A DNA stretch of 64,000 nt from Eledone cirrhosa (taxonomy: Eukaryota): the NCBI GenBank assembly GCA_964016885.1, contig OZ024757.1:19902001-19966000 (forward strand), in the 5' to 3' direction. Under the pieces are notes generated by a model, which had not been told where the DNA came from, made no database searches, and saw nothing but the letters and a program-made list of their open reading frames with translations. Both the position numbers and the translations under genes were made by a program. Below, piece after piece: positions 14,225 to 27,773 of the stretch; within the stretch, counting starts at the first letter, position 1, and each line of letters begins with the position of its first letter.

Positions 14225-14600
14225 TCAGCTTCGGCTTGTACCCGTGGGAGGTCGGGTCTTCTGTATTACTGCGTGACGCCAGAGGTCACGGTCGTGTGTC
14301 ATCGCCTTTGAGAGGTGTAATTGGATAAGGTCGGCTTTTATCACCTCATCCCAGGTCTTCTTGGGTCTCCCCACTCCGAGGTTTCCATCGACTTCTAGTG
14401 CTCTGCACCTTTTTATGCAGCTGTCATCCTTCATACGCATCACATGTCCATACCAATGCAACCGCCTCTTCTGCACACAGCATTTGATTCCTCTTGTGCT
14501 CACACTCTCTCTCAATTCATTTATGCTTTGCCATTCGTGTATATTACTATTACACATCCATCAGAGCATGCAGGCTTCGTTTCTTTCTAATCTACGCAAG
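14225..14600 (-). mobile_element. RTE LINE 3' ORF fragment
   Basis: Peptide RRLHWYGHVMRM...GRPKKTW...W typical of the RTE ORF2 C-terminus. Confidence 0.85.
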
Positions 14601-14829
14601 ACTATATATAATAAATGTATGATTTATATATATATATATATATATATAATGTTTCGTTTCTGAATTTGTTTAGCAAGATTCTTTATCTGAAAACGTGTGT
14701 TGAAACCGATATTGTTATACTTTGGGAGGGTCATGTTGCCATGATATATATATAATGTATTATATGTATAATATATATACTATAAGAAATATTATACATA
14801 TATATATATATATATATATATCTCTTACA

Positions 14830-15018
14830 TTGGTGGATTGGCAGTATTGGTGGAGGGTCGGACGCCATGCTTTCCAGCATAGTTACGTCCCTTTATGATC
14901 TGAGTTCAAATCCCACCGAGGTTAACTTTGCCTTTCATCCTTACGGGGGTCGATAAAATAAAGTACCAGTAATGTACTGGGGGTAATTGCTGGCCTTGTG
15001 CCAAAAGTAGAAACAATT
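14830..15018 (+). mobile_element. tRNA-derived SINE, family 2 (other copies ~16900-17055 on -, 32850-33025, 33092-33275, 34210-34400)
   Basis: Shared ggcagtatcggt...gagttcaaatcc...aactttgcctttcatccttac..ggtcgataaaataaagtacc sequence with a B-box-like GTTCAAATCC. Confidence 0.75.
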
Positions 15019-15034
15019 ATATGTATATAATATG

Positions 15035-15065
<31 letters not shown>

Positions 15066-15214
15066 ATCATTTGACATCCATTTTCCACGCTAGCATGGGT
15101 TAAACAGGTCGCCTTATACGAGGCAAGTTGGGTCAGGTGACCATCTCTTATTCATATAGAACTGTTTCTAGCTAGGTTTCTACAGTTGGATGCCCTTCCT
15201 AACGCCAACCACAT

Positions 15215-16312
15215 TTACAGAGTGGACTGGGTGCTTTTTTGTCGTGGCACCTACACGACCACTATACAGAGTGGGCTGGGTGCTTTTTTGTCATGACACC
15301 TACACAACCACTTTACAGAGTGAGCTGGGTGCTTTTTTTGTCGTGACACCTACACGACCACGATACAGAGTGGGCTGGGTGCTTTTATGTCGTGACACCT
15401 ACACGACCACTATACAGAGTGGGCTGGGTGCTTTTTTTGTCGTGACACCTACACGACCACTATACAGAGTGGGCTGGGTGCTTTTTTGTCGTGACACCTA
15501 CACGACCACTATACAGAGTGGGCTGGGTGCTTTTTTGTCATGACACCTACACAACCACTTTACAGAGTGAGCTGGGTGCTTTTTTTGTCGTGACACCTAC
15601 ACGACTACGATACAGAGTGGGCTGGGTGCTTTTATGTCGTGACACCTACACGACCACTATACAGAGTGGGCTGGGTGCTTTTTTGTCGTGACACCTACAC
15701 GACCACTATACAGAGTGGGCTGGGTGCTTTTATGTCGTGACACCTACACGACCACTATACAGAGTGGGCTGGGTGCTTTTTTTGTCGTGACACCTACACG
15801 ACCACTATACAGAGTGGGCTGGGTGCTTTTTTGTCGTGACACCTACACGACCACTATACAGAGTGGGCTGGGTGCTTTTTTGTCATGACACCTACACAAC
15901 CACTTTACAGAGTGGGCTGGGTGCTTTTTTTGTCGTGACACCTACACGACCACTATACAGAGTGGGCTGGGTGCTTTTATGTCGTGACACCTACACGACC
16001 ACTATACAGAGTGGGCTGGGTGCTTTTTTGTCGTGACACCTACACGACCACTATACAGAGTGGGCTGGGTGCTTTTTTTGTCGTGACACCTACACGACCA
16101 CTATACAGAGTGGGCTGGGTGCTTTTTTGTCGTGACACCTACACGACCACTATACAGAGTGGGCTGGGTGCTTTTTTGTCGTGACACCTACACGACCACT
16201 ATACAGAGTGGGCTGGGTGCTTTTTTTGTCGTGACACCTACACGACCACTATACAGAGTGGGCTGGGTGCTTTTTTGTCGTGACACCTACACGACCACTA
16301 TACAGTGTGGGC
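15215..16312. repeat. ~49-bp minisatellite amplified inside a SINE-like element
   Basis: About 22 copies of gtcgtgacacctacacgaccactatacagagtgggctgggtgcttttt, adjoining the ggatgcccttcctaac SINE segment. Confidence 0.9.
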
Positions 16313-17184
16313 TGGATATATTTTGTTTACAGTGTAAGGGTGGAGTAGACAAGAGTGGGTATAGTGGTTAAGAAATGCCTACTAGATATACTTTTGAGTC
16401 CGTGCGCATAAGAAAACGTTTCTTCAGTATTATACAAATATATATTATACATATTATAATATAATATAATACAATATATATACATACATAATATAATATA
16501 TATATAATATACATACATAATATAATATAATATATATATATATATAACTGTAGAGCAAAAAACAGTACAGATTAAAGTTTAACCAAAGAATTACTGTTTT
16601 CACCCTATACGGGATCTTCTGAAACTGAGAAAAATCAATCTGTAGATGCAGAATTAAATAGTTTTAAAAAATTACGACCAAGTATTGCTTTTGGAAGACA
16701 CAATGGTGGTACATGAAGACATTCTCTTGAGATGGGTGAAATATATGGAAGGTAACTGTCATTTTTGTGGAGCAAGTGGAGCAATTTGTTGGTATGAAAA
16801 CATCAGGCAACTAATATTCTTTTTAGAATAGCTAAATGATTTCCAGATAACATGTAAAAAAAAAACTGAAGTTATTAGTAATACTAAAAGTAATAATGAT
16901 TCTACTTTTCGCACAAGGCCAGCAATTACCCCCAGTGCATTACTGGTGCTTTATTACTGATGAAAGTTAACTTCAGCAAGATTTGAACTCAGAACACAAA
17001 GCGCCATAACTATGCAGCAAAGCATGATGTCTGATGCTCTACCGATACTGCAAAACATATATATATATATATATATAGTCTGCTGTATAAGGACTGGAAA
17101 GTACTCAACGCATGGTAAAATGTAGATTGGTTATATTAGTGAATGGAGAGGATCCTCTATTTTCACACACACACACACACACAT

Positions 17185-17277
<93 letters not shown>

Positions 17278-17384
17278 TTACAATTCATAAAATCTGCCAT
17301 ATTTTAAAATGGAGTGGATGCTATTACAGTTTATATTGGGCATTTTTTATTTATCTTTATTTTTAGATTTTTATATCTCCACAT

Positions 17385-17697
17385 TAACCCTTTAGCATTT
17401 AAACCAGCCATATCTGGGCAGAATTCTCTCACCTCTTTCTGTTCAAACCGATCGGAACTGGCCACTCATACTGACATTAAGGTACTGTGCTCAAAATAAA
17501 TAATATCACAATCTTATAGATTCGATATTATGTGAGGTAAAGCCTTTACCATGAAAATATAATAGTATATATAGAGTAATGTAAATGTTATTTGAGATAT
17601 TATGTGAGATAATTATGTGAGATAATTATGTGAGATAAAGCCTTTACCATGAAAGTACAATAGTATATATAGAAAAATGTAAATGCTAAAGGGCTAA
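17385..17697. mobile_element. piggyBac-like MITE (other copies 30048-31110, 33633-34134, 36329-37900, 37897-38420, 58408-58990)
   Basis: TTAA-flanked TIRs ccctttagcattta...taaatgctaaaggg, non-coding, multiple copies. Confidence 0.75.
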
Positions 17698-18270
17698 GGG
17701 ACCTTTACTTTTATTATTTGAGATGGAGGAATGAGGGTAATTTAATAAATCAAAATTATCGATTAGGGATTCCTTCTCATAACTGAAAGGTCTTCCATGG
17801 TCTTCCTCTACTGCAGCTTCCCTCCATTGGGATTTCTTGATTGACCCTTCTTTCTGCATTCATCATCCATATACATCACTTGTCCATATCATCACAGTAT
17901 CCACTCTTAAACAATACATCTGATTCCTCTCATACTCAGTTTCTCGCTCAGTTCGTATATACACATCACATGTCCATACCAACGCAATCTCCTCTCCTAC
18001 ACACTTCTTGAATCTTGTGTGTATACACACAATATATATATATATACACACAATATATAATATACATATATAAATATAATACATACAAATATAATATAAT
18101 ATATATAAATATAATACACACAAATATAATATATATATAAATATAATACAAAATAATACATATAAATATAATACACAAATATAATACATATAATTATAAT
18201 ATATATATATATAAAATATAATATATATATATTTGAAACCGTTTTGTGTTTCCTTGAACTACACACACAC

Positions 18271-18303
<33 letters not shown>

Positions 18304-18467
18304 TATGCTATGTATACATAAATATAATATGTATAAATATATAAAGAAATAAAAGAAAACCCCAAAATAGTATGAAAGCACAAGACAGGATCTGTGTTTA
18401 CAAAGGTACAAAAAACAACAAAATAAAACAAATTTAATTTCGGATTGTATATGTATGTGTGTGTATA

Positions 18468-18522
<55 letters not shown>

Positions 18523-18827
18523 GCATGTATGCGTATATATTGTTTTTTGTTGTTGTTACAGCTCACACCTCTGCAGGTTTAGCTGGCCTCCTCTAAGGTA
18601 TATCTCGGAGGTGTCTTGGGTGATTTAATGATAGGGACCCCAATCCTATCATCTCATTTCTACAGCTGAATAAACTGGAGGAACATGAAATAAAGTGTCT
18701 TGCTCAAGGAAACAACACATCACCCGGTCCGAGAATTGAAGTCACAACCTTTCCATTGCAAGGCCAATGCTCTAACCACTAAGCACTAAGCTATGCGCTT
18801 TCACCTATATATGTATAGAGAGAGAGA

Positions 18828-19222
18828 GGCACATGGCTTGGTGGTTAGAGCATTGGCCTTGCAATCGAAAGGTTGTGAGTTCAATTCTCAGACCGGGTGA
18901 TGTGTTATTTCCTTGAGCAAGACACTTTGTTTCACATTGCTCCAGTTTACTCAGCTGTAGAAATGAGATGATAGGGACTGGGGTCCCTATCATTCCACTG
19001 CAAAGTGGTCATGGAGGTGCCACGGCAAAAAAGCACCCAGCCCACACTGTAAAGTAGACGTGTAGGCGCCACGGGGGGGGGGGGGGGGGGGGGGGGGACC
19101 CAGCACACACTGTAAATGAGGTTGGTGTTAGGAAGGGCATCCAGCTGTAGAAATCAAGCCAGAATCAGTTCCTGTCCCACCCTTGCAAGCAGGGAAAAGA
19201 TGACTTAAAATGATGATGATGA
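18828..19222 (+). mobile_element. tRNA-derived CORE-like SINE with RTE-derived tail (other copies 25322-25661 +, 60147-60475 +, 62203-62545 -, 63597-63945 -)
   Basis: A-box tggcttagtgg, B-box gttcaattc, CORE-like ccttgagcaagacactt...ccagtttactcagctgtagaaatg, 3' tail shared with the RTE at 43258-43312. Confidence 0.85.
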
Positions 19223-20920
19223 CATATATAGTTATATTTGGGGAGGGTCATGCTGTCCTAATATTGCCAGAAAAATATAGTAAAACACACTCAGTTTGGT
19301 TTTTGCTTCAGTATATTTTTTATATGTATATAAATAATTTACCTGGTAATCAATATATATCATTGATTGACCAACAGTTAAAATATATAGATATAGTTTC
19401 TCAGAGTTCTTTCATCACATACATCTGTGACATCATCAGTGATGTTTCTATGTTTCCTCCTGTTGTATTCTGCTAATGTTTTCTTAATTTATTTTATATA
19501 TTCATTGTTGTCTCTGTTTGTGCATGCGTTTGTGTGCATGTATTCTGTTTATTCTGTTTGGTGTGTGTTCATGACTGAGTCTGTGTGTGTTTGTGTAAAT
19601 ATTCTACCTTTGGTCACTAGTGTGTATTTATGTGTGGGTGTTGTTATCACATATGTGTATAATTATATTTTATCTGAGATTGCTATCGTGTGTTTGTTTA
19701 TGGTTGTTGTTGTTGTTGGTGTTAGTCCATTCATGTTTTCTGTTCAGCCTTAGTTTTCTTAATTCTATTTCTGTAGCTTCCCTAATTTGTCTAATTGTGG
19801 AGTCATTCCTATGTTTAGATATTTTAATTTCTATGTTGTCTAGATTACCATCATATCTTAGTCTTGGAGTGTTCATATAGAACTGAATTGTCTTTTTGTC
19901 CTTTTAGTTCACCCCAGTGTTCATCTAACCTCTCTGCTATGCTACGGGCTGTCTCTCCTATCTCTGTCTTTGTCATGTTTCTTCAGGCACCTTCTGTGCA
20001 TCTTTTGCTATAGACTACATTTCTAGTTTTACAATTTATTTCTGGACTCTACATATTACACAGTTCTTATTTGTACAACAGGCTTTCTTAAAGGGGTAAG
20101 TTTTACTGATCAGGGATTTTATGGTAGTTCCTGGCTTTTCTACCACTTTAATATTCAAAAAGGTTTTTCTTAGGGCCTTCTGAATTGGTTAGCTAATTCA
20201 CCTCCAGGGGTTGCATTCACGAACATGACACACTGGTATCTCTGGCTGTCATACCATGAAGTGGCTTTCCCTATCCTATGTCTAGTTCTATCTATGCTAT
20301 ACCATGATTTACTTCTGTACAGTGGGCAAATCCCTTTCATGTCCATCTCTATAAGGGTCTTGTATTTCACCAAGCCCCTTTATACACCCAGATTCTGTCT
20401 CTTTGGTTGTAGCCAGAGAACTGCAAGCGATTGATGAAGTGTTGTACATGTCTTTCCAGTTGAGTTAGATTGCACATGCGGGACACAGTCTACATCACTC
20501 TTACTCACTTCGCAATCAGAATATTAAACTTAGCACTATTGGATATCGCTGAGCTTCTGTGTATTAGGTATTCGGAGGTCATGGGTTTAGCATAATGTGA
20601 GTGGAGGATTTGGGCTTTCTCGTTTACAGTATGTAACCAGAGTACAGTGTCTAATACTGGCAGACTATTGTTAGGGTGTTTGGAACGGTAGTCAATGGTT
20701 ACAGTTATACTCTGGTGAACGGAATTAGATATTTACTGGCTGCTCTTCATGGTGTTAGCTTCTAATTCAGGTTTATTGGTACTCTCTTGTGGGGGTGTTT
20801 TTATTACTATATGAATGTCGGCTACGTAACGAGTACATGATGAGGGCTCTGGAGTTCTCTGTTAGGCGTTCTTTGAGTCTCCTTTCCCACCATAGCATAA
20901 ATAGTTTGGCAGTATCGCAT
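19223..20920 (-). mobile_element. Decayed Penelope-like retroelement (3' RT, GIY-YIG, hammerhead-containing 3' region), left arm of an inverted pair
   Basis: Minus-strand RYVADIH (YVDD-like) and HYAKPMTSEYLIHRSS thumb motifs, GIY-YIG CKTRNVVY...IGETARSIAERLDEH, hammerhead core at 19401-19443. Confidence 0.85.
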
Positions 20921-20994
20921 TGAGGATCCCTTCTCTTTCCTAACGGATTTGTGCTGTTGGTTCACTCATGTTAATGAAGATGGAGGCGCGGGGT

Positions 20995-21540
20995 GCATAG
21001 TAGAAATAGTAACAGTAGAGAAATCAACAACTATATTAACAGCAATAGATATACCAATAGATATACCAATAGATATACCAATAGATATAACAAAATCCGT
21101 AGAGACAACAACTATAACAACCACATTAATAGAAATAATAACAACAACAACAGTACCAATAGAGAGAACAAGAACAACAACTATAACAACCAGATTAATA
21201 GAATTAACAACAACAACAACAACAACAGTACCAATAGAGAGAACAAGAACAACAACTATAACAACCAGATTAATAGAATTAATAACAACAACAACAGTAC
21301 CAATAGAGAGAACAAGAACAACAACAACTATAACAACCAGATTAATAGAATTAACAACAACAACAACAGTACCAATAGAGAGAACAACACCACCACCAAC
21401 TATAACAATAACAAACGCTATAGCAACTACAGTAATAGAAATAACCACAACAACAATAGTAGCAGTAGAGAGAACAACAACAACTATAACAACAGCAGTG
21501 ACAGTAAAAATACACAACAATAATGACAACAACAATAATG
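20995..21540. repeat. AAC/AAT-rich low-complexity tandem repeat between the Penelope arms
   Basis: Repeated acaacaacagtaccaatagagagaacaagaacaacaactataacaaccagattaatagaatta. Confidence 0.85.
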
Positions 21541-22214
21541 GTAGCTTTAATAACAACCCCTTAGAGAACCTTTCCTTCAACTTGTCAGACGAAACATACA
21601 ATATGAACAAAATTTACAACCACTAAATTGCCGTTTAATAAAAGAGCCCGTATACCACAACAGATAGACGACCAAACAACAAGCCAAACTACACCAACCC
21701 CACCTCATTAACACGAGTGAAACAACACCGCAGACACACAAGGACAGAGAACGGATCCACAATGCTCACATGAGGTAAAAAAAGGATCCGCAATGCTCAC
21801 ATGAGGACAGAGAAAGGATCCGCAATGCTCACATGAAGATGTGGACTGACATCCTAAGACCAAATAGATGCACAGCCAACAACTTCCAAGCGCCTAACAA
21901 TGACATACCACCCTTGTATGGACTCCGCAAAGACCATAAAACATCTATTGACCCACCCTATGACAGGGCCACCAACAAGACTTGTCTGCAGAGCCAATAT
22001 TGCTAGCAACTACAGGATCTACTTCCTCTCTATCATTGTACACCTCGTAACGAAGATGTCCCCAGGTGTGTGTGGCAGCACAAAGGACCTCCTCAGCAGA
22101 AACAATGATTGCAACTACATTGAACACCTCAAACAGCATAATAGGCAGCATGGATGTAGTGCCCCTACACACCCGAGAACAATAATCAGGTGAGAAAGAT
22201 GATCACACATGTAG

Positions 22215-23600
22215 TAGATACTAAAACTTCTCAAATATGATGAGAAAACTTACACCCAGGATGAAGGAGCAGTCATCGGCATCAGCATAGGTAGCGACTT
22301 TGCCAACCTATTTATCCTGATAGCAGACTTAGAGTGATGAAAACTGCCCCGCATGTGCGATCCAACTGAACTGGAGAGACACGTACAACACTTCATCAAT
22401 CGCATGCAATTCTCTGGCTACAACCAAAGAGACAGAATCAGGGTATACAAAAGGGCCACAGCAAAATATAAGACCCTTATAGAGATGGACATGAAAGAGA
22501 TTTGCCCGCTGTACAGAAGTAAATCATGGTATAGATAGGACTAAACATAAGATAGGGAAAGCCACTTCATGGTATGACAGCCAGAGATACCAGAGTGTCA
22601 TGTTCATGAATGCAACCCCTGGAGGTGAATTAGCTAACCAATTTAGAAGGCTCTAAGAAAAACCTATTTGAATATTAAAGTGGTAGAAAAGCCAGGAACT
22701 ACCATAAAATCCCTGATCAGTAAAACTTACCCCTTTAAGAAAACCTGTTGTACAAATAAGAACTGTGTAATATGTAGAGTACAGAAATAAATTGTAAAAC
22801 TAGAAATGTAGTCTATAGCAAAAGATGCACAGAAGGTGCCTGAAGAAACATGACAAAGACAGAGATAGGAGAGACAGCCCGTAGCATAGCAGAGAGGTTA
22901 GATGAACACTGGGGTGAACTAAAAGGACAAAAAGACAATTCAGTTCTATATGAACACTCCAAGACTAAGATATGATGGTAATCTAGACAACATAGAAATT
23001 AAAATATCTAAACATAGGAATGACTCCACAATTAGACAAATTAGGGAAGCTACAGAAATAGAATTAAGAAAACTAAGGCTGAACAGAAAACATGAATGGA
23101 CTAACACCAACAACAACAACAACCATAAACAAACACACAATAGCAATCTCAGATAAAATATAATTATACACATATGTGATAACAACACCCACACATAAAT
23201 ACACACTAGTGACCAAAGGTAGAATATTTACACAAACACACACAGACTCAGTCATGAACACACACTAAACAGAATAAACAGAATACATGCACACAAACGC
23301 ATGCACAAACAGAGACAACAATGAATATATAAAATAAATTAAGAAAACATTAGCAGAATACAACAGGAGGAAACATAGAAACATCACTGATGATGTCACA
23401 GATGTATGTGATGAAAGAACTCTGAGAAACTATATCTATATATTTTAACTGTTGGTCAATCAATGATATATATTGATTGCCAGCTAAATTATTTATATAC
23501 ATATAAAAATATACTGAAGCAAAAAACCAAACAGTGAGTGTGTTTTACTATATTTTTCTGGCAATATTAGGACAACATGACCCTCCCCATATATAACTAT
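22215..23600 (+). mobile_element. Decayed Penelope-like retroelement, right arm of the inverted pair
   Basis: YTQDEGAVIGISIGSDFANLF (QxxGxxMG...ANLF RT motif), GIY-YIG at ~22790-22910, hammerhead core at 23384-23425. Reverse complement of 19223-20480. Confidence 0.85.
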
Positions 23601-23683
23601 CTGTTTCAACACATGATTTCATATCAGAAACTTTGCAAAACAAATACATTGCCATCATATATGTGTATGTGTAAATGTATATG

Positions 23684-23725
<42 letters not shown>

Positions 23726-23951
23726 ATTATATATATACAGAGGGCTGGGCGGGCGTAGGGTGTTGATTCTTCGGGCCGGCCGGCGAAGAACCAACATCAT
23801 ACATATCAAAAGAAGAAAATCGTTCTCGAAGAAGTTACTAGATTATTACAAACTTAAAAAGGTTTCTTATGAACTCCCATTGCTTTAAAAGTTTTGCTGT
23901 CTGAAGAGCTCAGGATGTCATAACTGATAGTCTTCAGTGAAATATATATAT

Positions 23952-23991
<40 letters not shown>

Positions 23992-24067
23992 GGTTTAGCG
24001 TCCGTGTTCCACGCTTGCATGGGTTTGGACGGGGGTTTTCCCACTTGAGGCAAGAGTGGTTGTCTTG

Positions 24068-24527
24068 CTCGCATAGGACTGTCTTGCGGGTTTTCTACAG
24101 TTGGATGCCCTTCCTAACACCAACCACATTTACAGTGTGGGGCTGGGAGGTTTTTACCGTGTTGCCTACACGGCCACATTACAGCGTGGACTGTCTGGCG
24201 GGTTTTCTACAGCTGGATGCCCTTCCTAACACCAACCACATTTACAGTGTGGGGCTGGGAGGTTTTTACCGTGTTGCCTACACGGCCACATTACAGCGTG
24301 GACTGTCTGGCGGGTTTTCTACAGCTGGATGCCCTTCCTAACACCAACCACATTTACAGTGTGGGGCTGGGAGGTTTTTACCGTGTTGCCTACACGGCCA
24401 CATTACAGCGTGGACTGTCTGGCGGGTTTTCTACAGCTGGATGCCCTTCCTAACACCAACCACATTTACAGTGTGGGGCTGGGAGGTTTTTACCGTGTTG
24501 CCTACACGGCCACATTACAGCGTGGAC
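24068..24527. repeat. 112-bp tandem repeat (4 copies) from a SINE segment
   Basis: Unit containing ggatgcccttcctaacaccaacc repeated at 112-bp spacing. Confidence 0.9.
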
Positions 24528-24852
24528 ATATATATATTACATACATATATATATATCAACGCTTACGGGGACCTCTCAAAATTTGTTGGATTTTCACCCC
24601 GGAACTGGATACCAACTCGGAGTACACCTGAACTTCCACCAGGAAATCTTTCCTATCTTTGAAATTTTCTTTGCTTCTTGCATTTAAATATTCCACGACT
24701 CTCTACCACTTTTCCTCTACTGTAATCTTCTTACACCACCTTCGTCTCACCCACCCTAGTACCTTCAATAATGGAGCTGTTATTTTTATCTAAAGACATT
24801 TTTTCCAATTCCAACCCGCCCGTCCCCTCAATATATCTTATTTCTCATTCTT

Positions 24853-24888
24853 TCTTCTGATGAAGGACTAGCGTCCGAAACGTTAAGA
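24853..24888 (+). ncRNA. Minimal type-I hammerhead ribozyme motif (Penelope-type)
   Basis: tctt-CTGATGA-a-ggac(tagc)gtcc-GAAA-cgTT-aaga: stems I and II pair; stem III is the palindrome AACGTT. Confidence 0.75.
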
Positions 24889-24975
24889 CCCTCTTCCTGC
24901 TATATCAAGCGTTAACCTAATATATTCCTTCCATATACTGTACCAATTGTGTTGTTATTTCTATTTACCTTTTAC

Positions 24976-25036
<61 letters not shown>

Positions 25037-25185
25037 GGATTTTAAATAAACCTGAACCACCTGAATATGTCGTAAGATCTTTTTTTATATCTAATACTCT
25101 GGCTTGCAGCATTTATACAAGCCGTTGAGTGCCTCTTTTTATCTGCTTCCCAACCAACCTGCCATATTGTGGTCCACATACCCCA

Positions 25186-25232
<47 letters not shown>

Positions 25233-25270
25233 TTGAGGCACATGGCTTAGTGGTTAGAGCATTGGCCTTG

Positions 25271-25305
<35 letters not shown>

Positions 25306-26444
25306 CACACACACACATGGAGGCACATGGCTTAGTGGTTAGAGCATTGGCCTTGTAATCGAAAGGTTGTGAGTTCAATTCTCAGACCAGGGTGATGTGT
25401 TGTTTCCTTGAGCAAGACACTTTATTTCACATTGCTCCAGTTTACTCAGCTGTAGAAATGAGATGGTAGGGACTGGGGTCCCTATCATTCCACTGCAAAG
25501 TGGTCGTGGAGGTGCCACAGCAAAAAAAGCACTCAGCACTCACTGTAAATGAGGTTGGTGTTAGGAAGGGCATCCAGCTGTAGAAATCAAGCCAAAATCA
25601 GTTCCCGTCCCACCCTTGCAAGCAGGGAAAAAGCGGACGTAAAATGAAATGATGATGATGATTAGAGAGGTGCACCTGAGCTAGGTCGGAATTTATCATG
25701 TCGTCTCTGGGTCTACCTACTCGGTAACTTCTATCAATTTTGATCGCTCTGCACTTTTTTATACAGCTGTCATCTTTCATACGCATCACGTGACCATACC
25801 AACGTAATCTTCTCTCAAGTAAACAGCATCTGATCCCTCTTATTCCTAATTTCTCACTTAGTTCATACCAGTAGGCCCCTCCAAACCAAACATACACCCC
25901 AACCCACTGCCCCTACTCCATCCTCCCACTCCCGCCAACACCACCCTTTCTCTGTAAAGTTATGTCGGTACCACAACATCCAGTCCAAACTAATGAGATC
26001 GTGTAGGCGTCATGACAAAAAAACACACAGTCCATGCTGTAATGTGGTCGTGTAGGTAACATGGTAAAAAGCTCCCAGTCCACACTGTAATGTGGCCTTG
26101 TAGGTAACATGGTAAAAAGCTCCCAGTCCATGCTGAAATGTGGTCGTGTAGGTAACATGGTAAAAAGCTCCCAGTCCACACTGTAAACGTGGTTGGTGTT
26201 AGGAAGGGCATCCAGCTGTAGAAAACCTGCCAGATACAGTCCTATACGAGCGAGACATGGTCACCTGACCAATCTTGCCTCAAGTGGGACAACTCCCCAT
26301 CTAACCCATGCTAGCTTGGAAGATAGATGTTAAACGATGATGATGATGATATATATATATATATGTAGGAGGTGAGTTTTATTGTAGCACAATAAAGCAA
26401 TGCAAATATCGGATAAGTAGCACTCAACAGTTATTGGACTGGAA

Positions 26445-26775
26445 TATATATAAGAAGAAATTAAAAGATGGTTAAAAAAGTTCCATGTATTTTATTATGC
26501 GCATTTCAAAAACAAATATCATCCTGGGACGATATTTGCGTTCTCATCAGATAAAATAGGGGGATATGATATGAAGCTTAAAAAAAACACTTGTGAGCAA
26601 GGTAGTGTCTAATCAACATGTTTTTTTTTAAGCTTCATATCATGTCTCCCTATTTTATTTTATCTGATGAGAACGCAAATATCGTCCCAGGATGATATTT
26701 GTTTTTGAAATGCGCATGATAAAATACAAGGAACTTTTTTAACCATCTTTTAATTTCTTCTTATATATATATATA
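26445..26775. mobile_element. Palindromic non-coding element carrying two inverted hammerhead motifs (26488-26558 on -, 26656-26726 on +)
   Basis: ~150-bp inverted arms. Core ttttat-CTGATGA-long stem II-GAAA-tgcgca-TA-ataaaa. Flanked by (TA)n. Confidence 0.75.
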
Positions 26776-27171
26776 TATATGTATAACCCATGCTAGCGTG
26801 GAAGAACGGACGTAAAACGGTGATGATGATGTATCATCACTCTCACCATCGTTTAACTTCCATCAGTGTTGTAGTGCTTTGAACCCATTGGTGAAAAAGT
26901 TTTCATCCTGTTGGTAAAAAAAGTCATCAACAGCAGATATCCCATCATCCCTGCAATACTGGTTCCCAGCCAAGTGTTTTTTGTTGTTTGTTTTGTTTTT
27001 TTTCATATTGAAGAACAGATGACAGCCAGATGTGGCCATATCAGAAGAATAGGAAGAGTGATCAAAGACTTGTGTTTGCTGGAGCATTGACCAGATGAAA
27101 CAAGAGCCTGTTCATCAGTCTTCTTGGACATTTCATCTTGGTAGCATCTCATAACTGCCTCTGCATGTTAG

Positions 27172-27773
27172 CACAGTACTCTCCTTTACAAGGTAGTCAA
27201 TAACAGTACTCTCCTTTTCAAGGTAGTCAATAACAGTACTCTCTTTTTCAAGGTAGTCAATAACAGTACTCTCCTTTTCAAGGTAGTCAATAACAGTACT
27301 CTCCTTTTCAAGGTAGTCAATAACAGTACTCTCCTTTTCAAGGTAGTCAATAACAGTACTCTCCTTTTCAAGGTAGTCAATAACAGTACTCTCCTTTACA
27401 AGGTAGTCAATAACAGTACTCTCCTTTTCAAGGTAGTCAATAACAGTACTCTCCTTTTCAAGGTAGTCAATAACAGTACTCTCCTTTTCAAGGTAGTCAA
27501 TAACAGTACTCTCCTTTTCAAGGTAGTCAATAACAGTACTCTCCTTTTCAAGGTAGTCAATAACAGTACTCTCCTTTTCAAGGTAGTCAATAACAGTACT
27601 CTCCTTTTCAAGGTAGTCAATAACAGTACTCTCCTTTACAAGGTAGTCAATAACAGTACTCTCCTTTACAAGGTAGTCAATAACAGTACTCTCCTTTTCA
27701 AAGTAGTCAATAACAGTACTCTCCTTTTCAAGGTAGTCAATAACAGTACTCTCCTTTTCAAGGTAGTCAATAA
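27172..27773. repeat. 30-bp minisatellite inside the mariner ORF (~20 copies)
   Basis: acagtactctccttttcaaggtagtcaata repeated; reads in frame as IDYLEKESTV. Confidence 0.95.

Noticed and set aside
20949-21626. Thr-rich mucin-like 225-aa ORF
   Set aside because: AAC-rich repeat open in multiple frames inside the Penelope spacer; no splice sites or signal peptide evident.
23899-23945. CTGAAGA...GAAA possible hammerhead (also ~16375-16430 on the minus strand)
   Set aside because: Stems I and III are missing or disrupted; too degenerate to call.
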